Source: Acanthaster planci (taxonomy: Eukaryota). Taken from it: 64,000 nt of DNA. Under the pieces are notes generated by a model that was not told the DNA's origin, did no database searches, and saw only the letters and a program-made list of their open reading frames with translations. The translations under genes and the position numbers were made by a program. Below are positions 45,872 to 58,900 of this stretch, piece by piece. Each line of letters starts with the position of its first letter. The first letter of the stretch is position 1. The stretch covers positions 864,137-928,136 of the forward strand of contig NW_019091360.1 in the NCBI RefSeq assembly GCF_001949145.1, written 5' to 3'.

Positions 45872-48779
45872 TTTGTTTTATGCCTGTAGGCTTTCCTGGC
45901 AAAAAAAGATTTAATTTACATCTACACTGGTGTTGGGCTTGTAGAAAAGGAAAATTCTGCCTTAATACTGTGAACAAAATTCAAGACAAATTCTGAAGAA
46001 AGAAGGTATAGACAATACATTCAAGATTGGCAGTGTATTTTTAATTCAACAGTGATAGAAAACAAATGAAACCCAAGTTGTAGTGACCATTCTGCAAGTA
46101 TGTTCAGTTTGCTAATATGTCTGCGAAGTAACACAGTCAAATTTCGAGTCAATTAGTAAAAAGATATATATATTTGGTGGGTTTTAATGAGTTGAGGCTT
46201 GGCGTATTTTCAAGATGTCCATGATTTTATTTTTTCACCTACTAGGAGTGGTTTCTCTCTTCGAAGACAAATCAAAAACATGTTTTGCTCAAGTTTGTTT
46301 ATTCAGTAACATAGTTTCACAAGAATTCCCCAAACAGCCTTTTCAAGCAGTACTGCCTACAGTCATAGCTAAAAGTTGGAGTGGCCGTTCAAAGACTTTT
46401 GTAGAATGGACATTACACTGCGTACTTTGTAGAAGTGACCCACATAGTCTATGTAAGGTTAGAAGTTTTTTTTTTATACATTTTTCCACTTTTTTTTACA
46501 TTTTCCCAGAGGTGAAAATAAAAAGTCAATGTAGGCGGCCTCCAAGCAACATAGGCAGGGACGCTGTTTTTTTACTTTAATAAGAGAAAATATTTTTTTG
46601 ATTTCATTTTTTTTACTTCGCTTTATTGAAACTTCCACGAAAACAAAATAGGCGAATCCAAGATTTTATTAAAGGAAGCAATAAAAGTAATAGCGGTCTT
46701 AAACGTTCGGCAAGGGACAAAGTTATCGTAATGATGGCCACTCTCCGGAGCCAGCGAGATTCGTCCAGGCCAGCCAGGCATTTTGTGTATGAAAGTCAAA
46801 ACAAGTTCAACATTATTACCAACGATTTTATTAAATAATCTAACTTCATATTTTCAAACGCCCGCCATGTTTCACGGTACTACCCGTGAGGTGGCGCTCG
46901 GCCAGCCAGTGCCTCAGGGTACAGAGATCAGTGGGTACAGTCCACTAACTCAAGCCCCATTGAAAACAGTGTAAAATCAGCAATGTTCAGGGCCCAATAA
47001 CATGCATACCAACATCCCCTAGATTTCAGAAACACAAATAAAATTATTGTCTAGTCCCTAATCTTTCAATTTCTTTTCAATTTTTTGTGGGTTAACTAAT
47101 TACATTTTTAATTATTCCCACAAACAAAATCACCCCCCCCCCACAAAAAGTGATTTTTCCGAAGTCCGATTGCAGCCATTTTTCAAGTGGCAACCCTGAA
47201 CTTTCGGGGGCACTTACGACCATTTTCCAACCTTAGTTTTTAGCCATTCTGCTCTCATATGAATGCTCAAAGACCGAGGGAGTTGATCCTGGCAAGGATT
47301 TACACAATCTCACCATTTTGGAGGCCAAACAATCTCCTTTTTTCAAAAGATACTGTGGGGGGGGGACTTTTAATGCTAATGAGCTGGCCAGCAATTCTCA
47401 CTTGAATTAGTGGTCTGCACCCCTCATCAAACGTTTAAGACCGTGCCAAGTAACGGGTTCTCCACTGAGATATTTATGAATTGGATTGGAATATTTCCCT
47501 GCCTGACGGGGAACATATAATACACTATAAACGAAGGAGCTAGGTACGTTTGGTTTATTCCTCCATGGTTTGTACCTGTACCAGGTTTGAACCAGACGCC
47601 AACCCCCTTTGTTACATCGATCAGTCCAAACAGTTATATGCAAATCATGCGGTTTGGACCTCCACATTATCACACTCCCCCCGTCTCCCCTCGATGATCG
47701 AACATGGATCGAACAAGGTTCATTTGCCTATGAATTAACGGATTTCTCAGCCTTTTGTTTGTTTGTTCAAACCACAGCCTATTATTTTACTCAAACTTAC
47801 ACAATGCGACATGCGATTTCAAAAGGGTTTCCCCATTCAATGACGTCTTTCAATGACATGACAGGCAACGCTGCAAAAAAATCACCTGATGTATCTATGT
47901 ATGGAAAGCCAAAGTAACAAAATAGGTTGTACAGAAGGGGTGTGCTGCGCATGCGGTATGGTATTCACAGTACATGTACACTGTACATGTATCTGTACAA
48001 GTGCAGTACATTGTACATGTAGAATGTACATGATGGTGTAACAAAGCAATTGAAAATTGCTTTGTTGGTGTGTAATCAATGGTAGAGCTATACTCATGCT
48101 GAAACCGGGGCAATATTTTGGCCGGGAATTCCCTTTCTTTATTTTTCTCTAAGGTGTTACCCTCTTTTTACCAGCATTGTTCAAAAAAAGGTGGCACCGC
48201 GATATTTTCCCAATCAGAACACTGTTCAAAAATATTCTGCAACAGAAATATTTATTGACATTCGTGTTTAAGGTGATGAAAGGACTCATTTATATGTTGC
48301 TCATGAGTCCAAAGATACACAGAATATAATTCATTACTCTCATTTGAACAACCTGTCTCTCCAGTTCATAATACACGTACATGGGGCATCTGCTCCCCCA
48401 GTCTGCACATCCACGCTCCATTGGCCAATGAGACCAAATTAAAATGAAGGGCACTTTTGTATTTGTTTTTGGAAATATCACGAGAAAAGGGTTTCTTTTT
48501 TCATCATTTCTCATCATTCCAAAACTGTTAAAAGTGTCTCCAAATCAAGCCTCACTCGTTAAAAGACTATTATGGAAGATTAATAAGGATATCGACGCTT
48601 AATTCGTCCGTACTTGTGAAGATTTTGCCTTCACGTGCATATACATGTATTTCTAGAACTAGAAAGCAGCCCCCATAACTTGAAGCCTCCTGGTCGGCAC
48701 AGACGTTTATGGTGCCACAATACGCTGTGAGTTTTAATGCCCACCGTGTTCAATGATATAACTGACCGTGTTTCTCTTA

Positions 48780-49223
48780 CTTTCTTGACCAATAAGTTCT
48801 CCCAAATGTGGGCTCTCGCCGATTCATATATACCGTATGTTTGCCATTTTAAGGCTCTTTCTTCAATGTCATCTTAAGCAACAGCGCAAGTTTCCAGCAA
48901 TAGAATACATTTAACTCACAGACGACGACCAATCAAAAAAAAAATGGTATCCTAGGCAGCCTGCTGTGATGTGTTTGTCTTGTATGTGGAATTACCCAAA
49001 TAAGTGTTATTATTTGTCTCGCGTTCGCACGCCGTGGTGAGTCCCGCAAATGGATTGGTTGCTACAGTGTTATATGTGTACATTTTCGCGCGCCATCAAT
49101 ATGAGAGGCATGCGGTAAACGCATGCACGTGAAGGAGAAGCCTGAGGAATTCAACATAACACATCCCGGTGACTGCAATCGCAACGCATTGAAGGACAAT
49201 ACATGTCTGCTCACAAGATACAG
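48780..49223 (+). promoter_or_regulatory. Putative desaturase promoter and first exon (donor CAG|GTAACG at 49223)
   Basis: CpG-rich, with CCAAT boxes at 48789, 48929 and 49054 (reverse) and an E-box CACGTG at 49126-31. An ATG at 49203 (MSAHKIQ) is in frame with the next exon (acceptor at 49942). Confidence 0.55.
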
Positions 49224-49969
49224 GTAACGAGGAACTTATAGGAGATAATATTACATGCAAATGATCAGATATTGCATATAAAGTTTGTTTGTTTTACTAC
49301 CAGAAATTATCATAAAATCTGTCTACTTCCTTATAATGGGTAAAATTGCTCTTGTTCCGGTACGGTTAAGACTTGTTCATTGCACTTTATGCTACGGTGT
49401 CGTGTGAGCACGGTGCCGGTCGTTAATTGAGCGCTTGTCATGCTAGCACCGGTAGCAGTCGGAGCTGGGGTTACGTATTGAAATTACCGCCCATGATTCG
49501 ACCTTCGTCCAAATTTTCCTTACATAAACTACGAATTTCATATTGTACGCCTCATTTTGGGAATACAGCATCCTACGTCTTTGTCTTTTCTGGGTAAGGA
49601 AATCATCAGCCAGTCTCAGAAGCAATGTGAACAAAATAAGTTAATTTGGGGCTGTCTATGTAGATAGAATGGTATTCGCTCTTTGCACGCTGCCGCCCCG
49701 AGCCCCGATCTAGCAGCTGTACACAATAAATATAGCTGGTTCAGTGTTTCATATGTTGCTGCTCAGTAATTTTGCACAGTCTGCATTAGTTCTTGATTCT
49801 GACATGATTGTACAAGTTGCCAGTCCGAGGCTAGGAGCGTGCAAAGAGCGAATAGGCCCACATATACATTGTGCAACTTAAAAAGCACAAAATTTATTCA
49901 GCTTATCCATTCAAATTCGTGATGTTTTCTTTTCTCTGGCAGACCCGTTGCATCACCGATGCAGGTAAG

Positions 49970-52900
49970 ATGGGTAAAGGGAGCAACCGTACACGGACCA
50001 AAGCAGAAGAGACACAGGCATCCAACTTGAAAATCATATCTTGGGATGAAGTGAACAAACACAATGGCAGAGATAAGGAAGACCCAAGCAAGTGGCTGGT
50101 GATTGATGGTCTGGTGTATGATGTGACAGAGTGGTCTAGAAAGCACCCAGGAGGCTCCAGGCTTTTGACACACTATGCTGGCCAAGATGCTTCAGTAAGT
50201 GACAGTATTTTTTGTTGAAGTTAACAATTTTGCCATTTTTGGTATCTTTCACTACTGTATGGTTGTTTGTGTAGAGGATCTTGTCATGCCGTGACACATG
50301 CTAGAAATTGCCAAATAAGTAATTTGTTGTGTTTGTTTTTATAACTACTGTGTTTTCGTGTTGACAGATATTGCACAGCTGATCTGTCAATAGTTTGAAA
50401 TTTGACATATATATGTCTTTTAGTTTTCTACAATTTTAGCTTAAGCTTAGACCGATTAACAAAAGCCGTACTTCCTTAAAAAATTGCAGACAGTATTATT
50501 TTGACGGAAACTTTGATATCAGAAAGGTGTAATGCTGAGGCCAACTTGTGATATACAGCCAAATGTGAATATTGACCCGTTAGTGTCATTCAAACAATAT
50601 TTGTGCAACATTTTGTACCGCAACCTTATATTTTGCAACTCTGCGGTCATGCAATATTGGTAGCAACAAGGCAAAGTAGAGTAGCCAAGAACACGTTCAG
50701 TATACTGTACGGTATACCTCTACAGACTTTTCTACATGACTGAGATGCCATTACACATGTATATTCACGTCTGTTGGAGTCTTGGAGATGACTCAGAGTG
50801 CATGTGGCAGTGTACCTGAGCAGCCATCACTGTGCACACGTATACAGTAGATGGCTAGGTCATGTTCACATGTCCTGTGGAACCTACTGCTACTCATTAA
50901 TCATATTTTCCTGTAAGTGGGCTTTCTCGGGATGAGAAGCCTCAATGGTTAACTCAGCCTAGTTGTTTTTTTCATCATTGTCAGAATAGACTTGAAAGAT
51001 GCATTCTGAGGTTGAGAGTGGTTGTACTTATGGCAATTAGGTTCGAGAAAAGAATGTAACTGTCTATTTTTCAGTATGTTGTGCTGAGACAAATAACCCC
51101 TACACAGTCATTGTTGCAGCTACAACTTGTTGAAAGCAAAGGCAAGGGTGACCATAAATGGGAAGTCCTGTACAGGAAACCCCCCGTACAGGAAACCCCC
51201 CGTACAGGAAACCCCCCGTACAGGAAACCCCCGCACACACACTTAATTTATGGCTGGTAAGCATGGCACACTTGCATATTAGAATTGTTTTGAACCTGTA
51301 CACAAATTAATGCTGCGTTAATTTCATGGTCTGCCACTCTGAAGTTGCTATTCCTTGTGTACAATGCTGCAAGCTCTGTAGGATGTGGTTATTTCACAAA
51401 TCCTGTCAGGGCATACAAACTCCAACGTCAAACATTTTTATCATACTTTCCCTCGGCTTTGGATAAGTAGACTAACCTTGTGTATCTAGTCCTTTGTGTT
51501 CAGCCATTGCACCGTGTAATGGCGCACATTGTATATTACTAATTCCATAGAAGCAAGAACCTATGCTACATGCGGACCATGCTAAAGGAATTGTGAGGGC
51601 TAGTTTGGGCAGATTTGATACATGAACATGTGTATGGTATGGTCACTCCTGCAGTGCTTTTCATAACCTGCATCAAGTACATGTACATGTGCATTGGTGC
51701 CACTAACCAGCGATATCAAGAGCTGCTTCAAAACAACATTGTCCAATCCCTTCCATTCGCAAAGTATGAGATATGAATTTGAAAGAGTTGAAAACGTCTA
51801 CCTTATTTGAAGTTTTTCAATATGGGCTTTGTTGGGAGAAAAGTTGTTTCAAAATGGCAATGAATCCACTGTACACAATGTTTGACTTATAGGACTCTAC
51901 TTTACCACTTGGTCTCTGTATATAATGTACATGTAAAATGAACCCTGGCCTGCCATTTGCTGCCAATAACTGTCTTCTAAATAAAAAGTGGCTTTGCAAG
52001 GTAATTTCAGGCCACAGCTTGTGTAATTGCTCTCTCCAGGGGAGGACAAAAGGGTCAAAACAAATGGATAAAATACCGGTACATGTAAAATATAATTACT
52101 TCAAGAATGTTTTGACACAAAAGAACAGTTTATGTGCTTGGTTGATAGATTGGGACTTATATGGGACGGAGTACACTGTGTGAATAAATCTAAAGTAGAG
52201 AGTTGGTTTACAAAATAAACTGTTTCAGAAAACAAAATTTGAAAATGACATGTTTCAAGTTGGAAAGCTTGTTGAATAACTATAGGTCTAATAGCCAGGG
52301 CTAGGGTAACTCAGGGAGCTGTCCAAAGAGTGTGTGTGTTAAGTTTATGTCAACATAACAAATGGAGCTGAAATGTCACGTAAGCCACATTTAGGACAAA
52401 AGTTTGTCAACCTCAAATCCCATTGACCTTTCATCAAGTTGCAGTATTGCATCAAACAACAATGCATGATGAAATCATGATTGATTGTGTACTTTGTAAC
52501 ATGTTTAAATCTGGGGGCTTTTTTTGAGGAGGTGGGTGAGCAACCTTTTTGCTGGTATGGTTCAATAAGTTTAGGCTGGCATACTTGGAATACAAAGACT
52601 TGACCCAAGATTATTTGTGGGTTCATCTATGTTACAAGTCAGCTCTGCATAATTGCCATTGGCCAAATGGTGATTTGTAAACTTCAGCAATAATCCTGAG
52701 TGGTTGGGAACAGAATAAAAAGCGGAATTTAGCACTGTATTAATCAATGTCAAATTTGTCAATGTGTATGAATAAATGGAATTTTTGCTGCCATTTAAAC
52801 TTCGGCAGTTGGAAGCCTGTAATCCCCTGCTGCTGTGGGATCAAGAATTGAGATTGAATGGTGTTGCCATTGTAGAAAATAACATTACCGACAAAATGCA

Positions 52901-55900
52901 TAAAGAAGTTTATCCAATCTAAGTTGCCTGATAGTCTGTGCCACGATGAGTGATGAGGAAGATTACCCAATAACTGTCATCCAACATTACTCTGTCAGTG
53001 GATTTACGATATCTGTGATACATGTGAACATTGTGATAATGAACTCCAAAGTCAACCTTCATTATGGTAGTGACCCACAACCCTGTGGTTGCTAAGGCTA
53101 CTGAGAAAATACACACATTCTAGGAAAAGGAGGGTGCTATTTTAAGCCCTTGTCTTATAATGATACCATTTTTAGCACGTATTGCACATACTGGTTCATG
53201 TAGGTTTTATGACCAGTTTGAAAGCCCAAAGTCAGAGAGATTTCTGTCAAACTGAAGGCTTTCATCAACGTTAATCTGATTCAAAATACATTCATATACT
53301 GTTCTCATGCATTATCTGTACCACTAACGTATGAGATTTCTACAAGATGAACTTATTTGTTTGAAAAATGGTGAGCAATGATAATAACATGACTTTGTAG
53401 ATGTTTAGAATACAGGACTGGGAAGCAAATGGTCAGTTTCTGGATACAAAACCCCAGTTTCAGAAATTGGGTATATTTCATTATTCTTACCATTGTTTAT
53501 GTGTTAGTGGGCATGGAATACTTAAGAGAAACAGGTTTAATTATGACACAGCCCCGGGGGTGGGACCGACTTTTGAAAGTCACGCCCTCTAACTTCTTCA
53601 TCAGTCCAGCCTAAGACAGCAGCCGCATTTTAACAAATACATGTATCTGTTTCTTTTTGTCTGGTGAAGTACATACATGTACCTGTGTGTCAGTGTCCGT
53701 TTTGATGTTCAGTCCCTCCATTTCTATTTTACTAACCCTCCCAGACCCTTCAAAATCCATTAGGAGGTTTAGAGGATTTTGTAGGGTGAAGACAGGCACC
53801 TGTACATCCCAGCCACTTTTGCTCAGTGTCCAATGAAGAGTTACATGTAGTCCTGTGTAGTATCGATGGATTTTATCCTAGGCCCAATGTCATGATGCTG
53901 CTTTTACAGAAAATTTCGCTCACTGCAAGCATTAACTCATGGCGGTGCTGGGCGTGGCTGTGCTTATGGTTATGTGTGCATAAAAATTTCAGTTGTTTTG
54001 TCACTATGTTAAGCAAATTTTTAAAAGGTAAGCACACCTTTTGCCGTGCTTACTGCTTGTGGTCTTCATGAAATACACAGAAACTCTGTGTTTATAAAAT
54101 CGTGTGCTCAGTAGCACCATGAAATTGGGCCCAGGAGTTTCCATGAAACTACATGTACCAACAGAAACATCACAGGAAAACATCCTACATGCCTCATGTT
54201 CTGTGCTTTGTTCACACCAGGAACCATTCACTGCCTTCCATCCCAACAAGGAAAAAGTTCAGAAGTACCTAAAGGCACTGAAGGTTGTGGGCAAGACACA
54301 GCAAAGAGAGGAACGGAGGGACATTGAAGAGGATTTCAAAAATTTGAGAAGCACAGCTACAAAAATGGTAAAGACAATAATTTCAACCCGCTGTTAATTT
54401 CTTGGAGCTCTACGAAGCACAAAAGAAATGAATTTGCTCAGCTTGTAAGTCTCAAGATATGTACATGTACCTGGTCTTAATCTAATTTGTGTTGAGGTAA
54501 TACATGTGTGAAGCAGTTCTTTGTCCTCAGTGTTGGAGAGAAAATTCAGAGGACTGTAATATGTGATTGCAGGCTCATTTGTAACTCAAAGGAAAATTCA
54601 NNNNNNNNNNNNNNNNNNNNNNNNNNNNNNNNNNNNNNNNNNNNNNNNNNNNNNNNNNNNNNNNNNNNNNNNNNNNNNNNNNNNNNNNNNNNNNNNNNNN
54701 NNNNNNNNNNNNNNNNNNNNNNNNNNNNNNNNNNNNNNNNNNNNNNNNNNNNNNNNNNNNNNNNNNNNNNNNNNNNNNNNNNNNNNNNNNNNNNNNNNNN
54801 NNNNNNNNNNNNNNNNNNNNNNNNNNNNNNNNNNNNNNNNNNNNNNNNNNNNNNNNNNNNNNNNNNNNNNNNNNNNNNNNNNNNNNNNNNNNNNNNNNNN
54901 NNNNNNNNNNNNNNNNNNNNNNNNNNNNNNNNNNNNNNNNNNNNNNNNNNNNNNNNNNNNNNNNNNNNNNNNNNNNNNNNNNNNNNNNNNNNNNNNNNNN
55001 NNNNNNNNNNNNNNNNNNNNNNNNNNNNNNNNNNNNNNNNNNNNNNNNNNNNNNNNNNNNNNNNNNNNNNNNNNNNNNNNNNNNNNNNNNNNNNNNNNNN
55101 NNNNNNNNNNNNNNNNNNNNNNNNNNNNNNNNNNNNNNNNNNNNNNNNNNNNNNNNNNNNNNNNNNNNNNNNNNNNNNNNNNNNNNNNNNNNNNNNNNNN
55201 NNNNNNNNNNNNNNNNNNNNNNNNNNNNNNNNNNNNNNNNNNNNNNNNNNNNNNNNNNNNNNNNNNNNNNNNNNNNNNNNNNNNNNNNNNNNNNNNNNNN
55301 NNNNNNNNNNNNNNNNNNNNNNNNNNNNNNNNNNNTAATCCCACGCATGGAACTTTTTTCTGAGGTCAGCTGATTTCATTTTAGCTCCTCATGTATACCA
55401 TCACTTTTTTTCCCTGAATTCTCAACAATGCAGATATTGTTTCATATAATTAAAGACATAATGTGCCCAATACACTTACTGAAGTCCTAACTAGATAACT
55501 TACTGAGTACAATTAAAATGTTAATTTATGGTTGCTTAAAAATCCTGCCATTTACATTTTCATATTTTACTCCATATTCTAAGACTTTTCTGCACTTACC
55601 AGTTGTATCTCATCAAAAAACTTATCAAAGAAACTCAAAAGTTTGAGCCACCACTTCACTCTCAATCACTCTCTTCATGTTGTTAAACAGTCTTATCCCA
55701 TGATTTGTGTTTTTTCATTTGTTTTATTTTTCAGGGCCTGTTTGAAGCCAACTACTTTTTCTTCTTCCTTATGACAGTACAGGTCATTTTCTTTGACCTC
55801 TTTGCATACTTTAACATGTGTTACTTTGGGGCTGGCTGGGGGACCTTCATTGCAGCTGCACTTCTGACTTCAACTGCACAGGTAGGCTGACCTTCCTTAT

Positions 55901-58900
55901 GGTGCATTCATTTCACTTATGTAGCTGATGATTTCCTCTTCACCTTAGTAATGATCAGGAATTCTATTTTGACCACAACCAGCTTGTATCACGAGATAGA
56001 CTTGTAAAGTATTTTGCCATCTTTAGATTAACATTATACAAGTACCCTGTTTTTTGAATGTAAGTTTTGTAGTCACAGTAGCACCCATATCCGACATGAT
56101 TCAGAAGGATTCCCACCTTCCTATCCCAATTTGTTTTCCTTTAATGTAATAGGAAACCCTTTTTTTGGCTCAGTGCATGCTCCACTTAGCCTACAATCAA
56201 AATTAAAAACCATGGTACTGGGTAGTCAGTCATATAAGAACTGCCAGAATCAACACACCATACATGTATGTAAGAATTCTCTCAGGGTTGCTCATAATGT
56301 TAGGGCTTCTTTCAAAAATTCATTTTTATCTGATGTGAGTTCTAATTTGAAGGTTTGGGACAAGTAAATACAAAGATCTGTTGGAGTTTGTTTCACAAGA
56401 GTATTTTTGTACATGAATGGACTAGCTTTTATTACACTAGGTACATGCACATGTACAGTACATGTTGTGCCTTGACGTCAGTATTTTGCTTTGAGAGATG
56501 TAATCTGAGCTTACAAATGAATTATGCAAACATAGCTTAGCTGTCTTCGAAGATTCCCCCCAAACTTGTTATATTTAAAATCAATTACAGACAAAGCTTG
56601 CACATGCATCTGGGTCGGTAAATGTGTTTGTATTAACTGAAATTTCATGCTACCATTGTTCATCTACAAAAAAATTATTTCCCAGTAGAACCAAAACTGT
56701 TTGGTCGGAACTGTCGTAAAATATGTTTGTTTCAAGTGGAACTTCATCTTGGCGGAGTTTGGTCTAATGACAGCTGACTAGGTGCATAAAGTCATGCTGC
56801 ATTTTGAGGTAGATTCTTTTGCAAATTTGTTTGCGTTGTAGATGCTTTAAAATTCAATAATCTTCAGTCAGGTAGCTGTGTAATGGGCATTCCCACATGA
56901 TTTCACCCATCAGTAATCCAGCCTTAGAATGCCCTGTAGGTCTGTCTTGCAGCTGCTGAGCTACAGTAACTACCATAGTGACTTGACATTCAGTGTCCTC
57001 CAGTGAGCCTATATGATTGCCCATGCCTCCCAACTGTAAGGTGTGATACGTCTAGCTGCATTTATTATGTAAAATACTGTACCCCAAAATGTTAGTTACC
57101 TTTCAATTATGCCAGGAGGGAAAAAAGAGAGAACAAAAAGAATTTTCCATGTCTGCTAGATTTATGTCTTTTGTCTGAACATTGCCTTCAAGGCAGTTGC
57201 TAGTTTACTCATGAGGACTATGAATCACCCCATGTTGAAGGGCATTGTTCATTATGCAACTACATGTATAATCGTAATGGCTGTTGGTGTTAAATTGACT
57301 GGTACTGTATTTTCAATGTCAATATTGTGATGGTCCACTACATTGTTTCAAGTTCTTATGGAATTAAGGAAAAATATTTACTTACTTATAATTCTTTTGT
57401 CATAAGATGTTTACTTTCCCCATGAAGACTATTTGAATCACAGCTGGAAATACATTGTAGCTAAATCAAATTTACTAAGATGAATCTCTTGAGTATCTCT
57501 TTGTTCTAGTGATAATGTTGACAGTCAGATCCTATCAGTTCTTCTTTGTCACCCAAGGGATGACATTGTTGAAGCATGAAGGGTGTCTTTGGCTAGTTCC
57601 TCAAAGGAAGGAAATTTAAACAGCATAAAGGATGACTGTCTAGACATCATAAAATAAAGACATTTATACATGTACATGTATGTGCTTGACTCAAAATTAA
57701 AGAGTGTGCCTTATTAAAGATTCTGCATTATGATTTCATTCATTAACAAGAAACCTACATGAACTACATGTATTGTCTTGATGTTTTGTGCAAACCTTGC
57801 CAGTCAGACCGCTCTGCTAAATTTAATCCCTCATTAAAATATTTTTTTCATTTTTTTTATGGGTACATTAGTTGGACAATTCCATTAAAGGTCTCTCTCA
57901 AATGACATCACTTCCTACAAATTTTGCCAGGTGCATCAGTATATTGGATGTCAAATTTTCATGATCTGCATGATCGGCTGTGCCGTATTTAGACGATATT
58001 TGGATCAGCATGTGCGTAAAATATTTGCACACTGCACACACTTGCACCTGATAGCATTGAATACACAGTTGTAATTTTTCTATGAATATGGTATCCTATG
58101 AGAGAGATCTGTAGCTAAGTTGAAACATGTTGAGTGATGGACATGTACGGTATGTCTAATGGTGGAGAGCCCATTTGCTCTTTAGCTGAAGTACTGCTAC
58201 ATGTGTACACATAGATACTGCATTATCTTGCATGCATATCAAACCTTTGTCATGTTTTTCTTTCAGGGTGGTGCTGTTTGTGTTCAGTGTTGTAACAGAA
58301 GTTCTGGATAGTTATGAAGATGTTGAATGATTGTTCACTGATGGATCTGTTTGTATTCTCTGTGCTGCAGGTTCAAGCGGGATGGTTTCAGCATGACCTG
58401 GGCCATCTGTCTGTCTTCAAGACTGGGAAGTGGAATCGTGCCTCCCATGCATTAATTATGGGACTTCTGAAGGTAAAAGTTATATTTACACCGTACTTCT
58501 AGAATTCTGGGATTATCATAGACAGTTGACCTGTGGTTGTCAGTATCTGAGGAGACATTTTTTCTTTTCAATACTTCCCTGACTTTTATTCAAGAATCCT
58601 CTAACTAGTGTAGTTAAGAGCCAAATAGTGGCAATCTCCAAGCGAAATAGTTTCAAGATTTGGGGAAAAACCATCTTATGGCATTTTATGGAAATAATAA
58701 ACTAAACAAAACTATTTATTTCCTACCCACGTGGAGAATTCTAGAGTTGATTGTTGTCATTGTCAACAGTGAGCTGACATGACAACACTCACCTCCAGCA
58801 GAATAAAAGCATTCTGTGAATATTCACAAAGTTGGCATGTTTGTATACACTTGGCCACTAGAGTACCTCTTTCTGTTACTGTCTGGGACCCATCCTACAC

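Noticed and set aside
46985..47200. Possible hAT MITE (GTTCAGGG...CCCTGAAC)
   Set aside because: The inverted match is only ~8 bp and there is no clear TSD.
54508..55379. Long poly-X ORFs, also at 59196-59572
   Set aside because: These are artefacts of the N gaps. The desaturase exons on either side join contiguously (ATKM|GLFEAN and GLLK|GASKNWW), so no coding exon is hidden in the gaps.
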